A DNA stretch of 56,949 bases, taken from Octopus bimaculoides (Eukaryota). The notes beneath the pieces are model-generated. The model ran no database searches. It saw nothing but the letters and a program-made list of their open reading frames with translations, and had not been told where the DNA came from. The stretch lies in NCBI RefSeq assembly GCF_001194135.2, contig NC_068986.1, positions 66,819,031 to 66,875,979 on the forward strand. Reading direction: 5' to 3'. The number at the start of each line of letters is the position of its first letter. Positions within the stretch are counted from its first letter, which is position 1. This document shows, one piece after another, positions 50,590 to 56,949 of the stretch. The position numbers and the translations under genes are program-made.

Positions 50590-50747
50590 TCATGCTGTGG
50601 CTATGTGGTAAGAAGTTTGCTTCCAAATCACATGGTTTTGGATTCAGTGTCACTGTGTGGTGCTTTGGGCAAGTGTCTTCTATGATAGCTTCGGGCTGAC
50701 CGAAGTCTTTAGAGTGGTTTTGGGAGTTGGAAAATGAAAGAAGCCGT

Positions 50748-50750
<3 letters not shown>
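50590..50750 (+). mobile_element. SINE family C, 5' half
   Basis: GTGGCTATGTGGTAAGAAGTTTGCTTCC...TTGGGCAAGTGTCTTCTA; runs into (TA)n and a gap. Confidence 0.85.
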
Positions 50751-50787
<37 letters not shown>

Positions 50788-51859
50788 NNNNNNNNNNNNN
50801 NNNNNNNNNNNNNNNNNNNNNNNNNNNNNNNNNNNNNNNNNNNNNNNNNNNNNNNNNNNNNNNNNNNNNNNNNNNNNNNNNNNNNNNNNNNNNNNNNNNN
50901 NNNNNNNNNNNNNNNNNNNNNNNNNNNNNNNNNNNNNNNNNNNNNNNNNNNNNNNNNNNNNNNNNNNNNNNNNNNNNNNNNNNNNNNNNNNNNNNNNNNN
51001 NNNNNNNNNNNNNNNNNNNNNNNNNNNNNNNNNNNNNNNNNNNNNNNNNNNNNNNNNNNNNNNNNNNNNNNNNNNNNNNNNNNNNNNNNNNNNNNNNNNN
51101 NNNNNNNNNNNNNNNNNNNNNNNNNNNNNNNNNNNNNNNNNNNNNNNNNNNNNNNNNNNNNNNNNNNNNNNNNNNNNNNNNNNNNNNNNNNNNNNNNNNN
51201 NNNNNNNNNNNNNNNNNNNNNNNNNNNNNNNNNNNNNNNNNNNNNNNNNNNNNNNNNNNNNNNAAACTACTACACTGAACAATCTATGCTTGAGACTTTC
51301 CTCGCTCTAGCTACTTTTTTATAACACCTTTTACAATGATGAATTCGTGTAGTAAGTTAAGAAACTCTTATGTTCTCTCGATTTCCTGTGATTCAGACCA
51401 CCTCATGGCCCTAGTTTACAAAATGGAAAAGGCGCTGCCCCGGACGACGGCGAGGGAGAAGTGTTGGAGCAGCCACATAGGGTTCGCACTTGTGGGTAGC
51501 CATCTCCGCTCCGACTGCGGTGAATGACCGGTACTTTGACAGTTTGCTTTTCTCTGTCTGACGAAGAGCAGAGTTAGCTACTTATCTACTGAATCAATGT
51601 ACAAAATTCTAAATTGAAAATATTAACTTTCCCTGAAACGCGCATAGTTGAGTAGAAGGTAAGGTAAAGAAAAACTGAGGCTATGTCACGCTTCCATTTC
51701 AATCGAAGTTATTTTGCATCAGTTACAAAATAAATAGCAAAGGGCAAACCATGAATATCACCACTTCCACTATCTATCATCATTTTAAAAATAAACGGGG
51801 AACCTTTGTAACCAATGAAAAATAGAGAACATGCCAGCAGAAATAACTCTGTTGTTGTT

Positions 51860-52880
51860 AATTAGAACTCAGTCAGTCCTCGAAAAACACAACTAAGATC
51901 AAATGTGTTCCAGTTGTGACGACTCCATCTCTTTTATTTAGATCAAGTGTATATAGCATTACACTGTCGAGTGTACCCTTTCCTATTTAAGACAGTATGT
52001 AGTGATTGAAGGTTATTTCACTGCTATGTGTACGAAATCGAATGAACAAAGGTCTTCTATTTACACGGTCACCTGTGGTCTGAAGAAGGAGATCTTATCA
52101 ATCATTACGTCAACGGAGTCTCTACTGTATACATGATCACCAAGAGTAACTCTCCTTTATATGTCTCCACTTCATAAACTAACAGTAACTAAAAATATTC
52201 CACTTTATAACCTAGTAGCAACTAAAATGTTCCTTTTAATAACAAAGTTGTAATTATATAACATTTTATAATCGGACATTAACTGCAATTTTAAGCTCAT
52301 TTTCTCTTCCTGTATTATCCAAAGGGGAAGAAACTTTCTTATTGGGAGACCTTTTGCTATGAACAGATCTAAGATATTGGTAGTTTATGAGAAAAGACTC
52401 TTCAGTTCCGTGCTTTTATTGCCGATTCAGTCAAAGCGAGTCCTGCAGAAAGGAAAGAATGAAAAATCAACTTTGGGGTTCCGTTGCAGAGGAAAATGGT
52501 GCTCCAAGCAAGGTGAACTTTTCTTCCATCATTTCAAGGTCTATAAATTAAGTACAAGTTGAACACTCCTCCAGAAGTTGCTGGCCTTGTGCCAAAACTT
52601 GAAACCCATTTAATTGTTAAATTGCATACGTAGAAAATACGTTGGGAAAATACAAATTAACTAAAACAAAATTGTGATATGAAAGTTGTTGATTAGCTCC
52701 AAGTTAGTGCTGATGAAGCAGATCCATTATCAAATGTTCCATCTATGACCATCCCATCTTACTTTCAGGCGTAAACTTTCTATGTGTACATTATTAAATA
52801 TGTATTTTTCCTTTTCCTGAAGGAGAAGAGTTCGATTTGAAGGAGATTTGGGTGCTATTTCTCGCAAGTCATCCGACCCT
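51860..52880 (+). repeat. Two diverged copies of an unclassified repeat (~51860-52040 and ~52710-52880), plus a family A tail at ~52520-52610
   Basis: Shared blocks CAAATG(TG)TTCCA...TGAC...CCATCT and GATT(T)GAAGG...ATTT...TGCTAT. Confidence 0.45.
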
Positions 52881-52968
52881 GTTGCTGCTGCGATGTTGGT
52901 TTATGTAAGTTATGATTCGAGCAAAAAGAAAGATACAGATATTAATTTGTATTAATTATGCACTAACT

Positions 52969-53185
52969 AAAGGTCGCAGGCTGGTAAAATCGTTAGCACG
53001 CCAGGCATAATGCTAAGCGGCATATCGTCAGTCCTTACGTTCTGAATTCAAATTCTGCCGAGGTCGACTTTGCTTTTCATCCTTTCGGGGTTCGTTGAAA
53101 TGAGAACCAGTTACACACTGAAATAAGTACCAGTTACAACGATCCCCCTCACATCAAATTTCAGGATTAGTTATATACTAACGGA
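52969..53185 (+). mobile_element. SINE family A
   Basis: AATCGTTAGCACGCCAGG...ACGTTCTGAATTCAAATTCTGCCGAGGTCGACTTTGCTTTTCATCCTTTCGGGG. Confidence 0.88.
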
Positions 53186-53992
53186 GTGGGTGAGATTTGA
53201 ACTCAACACTCGTATTTTCGTGAATGGAGCGTCTGTTCCAGTGAAGTAAAATACTTTCGAAGTAGGACCACATTTTGAATGAAATTCCTCGAAAACCAGT
53301 CCTTAAGATTAAGATTTCTCTCACAATTTTCAAATTTCAAGTAAAATTGAGCTGAGCCATTGAAATACTTTAGCTCAAATTTTAACATTGAACTTCTGAG
53401 ATCGTCATCAACAACAGAAACAGAACCACCACCACAACCACCACCACCAGTATCCTGCCAAAATCACCACCACCACAACAACAATAACGATAACTATAAC
53501 CAAGCGTCTTTAGTTACATATACAGTGCAGTATTATAATTCGAATAAAGAACCATTAGAAGTTATCTCGCTTCATTAGTGACACAGCCCAGTGAGGATGA
53601 AGCGGGCTTATATAAGTACAATAACCGTCCTTGCTACAACTCTGGTAACAATACACTATTAATCATTAAATTAGTAATTAATTGAAAATAGAATCTGCTT
53701 ACTCTGACACGAATTATTTCTAAGTTCTACCTTATATCGCCACTGATATGTTTGAGACACAGTAAGAACAAGTCTCCACTGCATGCTACCGCTTCTATCG
53801 ATCCTATCAAGTTGACTAGCTGCAGCTCTATAAGAATTCTCTTTACTTATAGCTACATAACATTTATTCTTTCCATGAAAGCATTTACTAATAGTAGAAA
53901 CAGATATGCAAACACGCAAACGCTCATACACATATACATCGATACCACGGACGGTACGTAGATATATACATACAAACATATATAACTTGTGT

Positions 53993-54032
<40 letters not shown>

Positions 54033-54229
54033 ATGCACATGTATGTACATATCATTGTATCTATATATGTATCTACCTATCTACCTTATAAATCTTATAT
54101 ATATACATACACACACACACACACATATATATATATATGCATAAACATACACACATCAATATATACCACATGATGCATAAATATATTTGTAAGTGCATAT
54201 ATCTGTATATACAAAAGAGCTGGCAATAT

Positions 54230-55780
54230 TACAAGAAAAAAGTTTTGGAGTAATCTGGGTTAAGACAGCGTCAGTATTAAAAGTTGCTGTTCTGGTAAAA
54301 ATATTCGTGTAGAGTAAAGGCAAAGAAAAAAGACAACGGATAAAGAGCAATGTTATTGTATTAAATGTGTGACAGGAATAAAATGATATTTCGGACAGTA
54401 GCTCTTCGTCTAGACGAAAAGGAGTAGAAAAATAGGAAGAAAAAAAAAAGCTAGAAGAAAAAAGTGGTAATAAAGTCCTATTTGTTTTCTGAGCTGTATG
54501 GGTATGTTTGAATGGTATACGCACGCAGATGGTAGGAAGGAGAAAGGAATTATACGTGGGGTGTGTTTGAGCATACGTAAGTATGACATGCATATGTGAT
54601 AGAAGGTAATATGGTGGAATAAAATATGCATGAAGTATGTTTATTTGTGTAAGTATGGTGAAGGTGACGTGTGTGTATAGTAATTCAGGCAACGCGTTAA
54701 TGCGTGGTATGTATGGAAAGCCTTGCAACATTTTTGTAGATTGGGGGATGGTTGTCAAATAAATGAACTGACCCGAATATGAGTTGTAATTAAGTAGATA
54801 TGTGAAATGAAATGAAGTAAATAGCGTGAATAATGTATGTAGTACGTTAAAGTAAGCGATATGTGCGTGTGGGTGGGTGTTTTAGAGAAAAGAGAGTTGG
54901 CTGTTAGGGCTGGCAGCGATGACTGTATTTAAGCGGAGGATTAGTTGTTGCTCATATCAAAGACGAGAAACAGGAGCACCATGGTGTTGTATAATCTCCA
55001 AAATAGAACGGTACAAATGAGAAAGCCAAAGAAATGTAGTGGCGAGTCACTGCTGTTTGTATCCGTTATTTTGGTGAGCGTCTGGAAAATATTCTTGAGA
55101 CCAATCAGCCAAAGTGTGAAAAGTTTTCCGAATGTATAGTCATCCACAGCACTGGCTGTTAATGCAATAAATTATATTTTTGCAAACGCTAGTAGAATGA
55201 AGAGAGCCGATACAAATTATTGGATTTGGTGGTTTGAAGGAACTGTAAACCAGAAGTTACCTATGTTGCGGCTGCATGGGAAGCAAAGGTTATTCGAGAA
55301 GTGTGTGCGGGGTTGCAGAATCAGACCGGAAGAAATAGAAGTGCTGTCGGATGATTTGATGGAAAGGATGAGAAGGATAGGTGGTAGGGTGGAAGCTAAA
55401 GAAGAGGGAAATGTGGAGACGAAAGGAAAGGGATAGGAGGTGCGTTCAGAGGTGAGGGCACAATGACAAGGAACATTGAACCACATGCTGGTGGGGGTAA
55501 CCTTGTTTTTAGAGGCATATCATATGGTATGACTGATCAAAATCACAGCCTAAGCCACAAGAACGGCACAGTCAAAGGAATTACAAGTAGGAAGGGTTGA
55601 GTTAGAAGGGCTGAATTAGAAGGGCTGAGTTGAATTCATGTTAGAAGTGAGTGACGGAAGTGGCGGTGTTGAGACTGTGGTGACCATTAGATGCATATGT
55701 ATCCATAAAGTGGACATAAGTGATGGATATCGAAAGGAGGTATTTAATGTCAGATAAAGGAAGTGCCATTGATACAATCA
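54230..55780 (-). mobile_element. Penelope-like element relic C: RT thumb, GIY-YIG and 3' region
   Basis: Minus strand KYLLSISITYVHFMDTYASNG; KQGYP; FHPT...HQIIRQHFYFFRSD; IYCINSQCCG*LYIRKTFHTLAD; YEQQLILRLNT. Degenerate hammerhead-like motif at 54413-54385. Confidence 0.7.
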
Positions 55781-55960
55781 TAGATGTCGCATGTAATTGT
55801 GCATGAATATTTATAGCAAACATAAATACACTCTCATATTTACGAACATACAAGCACGCACAAACACATATACATAAAATCACAGACATAAATACATGTA
55901 TATACACACACATGCATACATATATTGGCCCCACCACACGCACACACACACACACACATA

Positions 55961-56066
<106 letters not shown>

Positions 56067-56643
56067 GCATATTTGCACTATATCCAAACGATATCTTTCC
56101 AATCACTTTGATTGTTTGCTGTAATTCATTGCTAAGCGTTTCCTTTATTTCTTTGAACTGTTACGAAATTCGATTCAGTAAACATTGCTCCCGGGTATTG
56201 ATCAGTCCTTGAGAAAATGAATCAAAAGGAAGGAGATATTTCAATTGTACAGCTAAAGAGAAAATACAAATAAAATTATTCGAAAACTCAGGAAATGAAT
56301 GAACATCGTGTGCCAATTATCTTCTCCACGTGTCTTGTCCGGGTTTTCACAACATGCTTCTTTATATTTTAACGTGCATGTCTGTTAGTGGGTATGTTAT
56401 ACATACATACATACATACATACATACATACATACAAACATACATACATACATACATTCATACATACAAACATGCAAGCATATACATATACATGTACAACA
56501 AACTCACGCACACACACATACGCACACGCACGCAGACACACATACACGCACACATACACGCACATGTACATATGTATATGTGTGCGTATACTTATATTCA
56601 TATATTTATCTGAATGTGTGTGTGTATGTATGTATGTACAAAC

Positions 56644-56693
<50 letters not shown>

Positions 56694-56949
56694 GTATGTT
56701 TGTATATATCTATATCTATATCTATCTCTCTCTGTCTCTATATCTATATATATGCATACACATATGGGTACACAGGCGTATTTAAGTATTTTTATGGGGT
56801 ATAAATGTATTTATATGCACATATAAGTGCATGTACATGCACGCATATATATGCATGTATATGCATGTATATGTATGTATGTATATATATACACAGACAC
56901 ACACATATATATATATGTATATATATATATGTATATACATATATATATA

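Noticed and set aside
51430-51530. HDV-like ribozyme in the GC-rich island
   Set aside because: One stem is visible, but I could not build the nested double pseudoknot.
53671-53860. Minus-strand exon candidate ending at a GTAAGC donor
   Set aside because: The acceptor is weak, the peptide is unrecognised, and the ORF start lies in microsatellite.

Overview
Gene-poor, repeat-dense animal genomic DNA from a draft assembly, with 16 N-gaps (~6.8 kb) and dozens of microsatellites. The SINE families and composition resemble Octopus/coleoid cephalopod DNA (inference, not verified). I found no intact host gene. Almost all listed ORFs are artefacts of microsatellites, N-runs or decayed transposons. 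Recognisable content: a Tc1 relic with a DD36E triad, a DD34D mariner relic and a mariner-derived MITE; CR1-like, RTE-like and possibly L1/Tx1- and RLE-type LINE fragments; about 15 tRNA-derived SINE copies in 3-4 families; and four dissimilar Penelope-like element (PLE) relics. The main result is that each PLE relic carries a minimal type-I hammerhead-ribozyme-like motif (CUGAnGA...GAAA plus a short near-palindromic stem III) downstream of its coding region. A tRNA-headed SINE-like family (copies at ~12 kb and ~31 kb) carries the same kind of motif in its tail and occurs twice in inverted, PLE-like arrangements. Ribozyme activity is untested, and coordinates of degraded elements are approximate.
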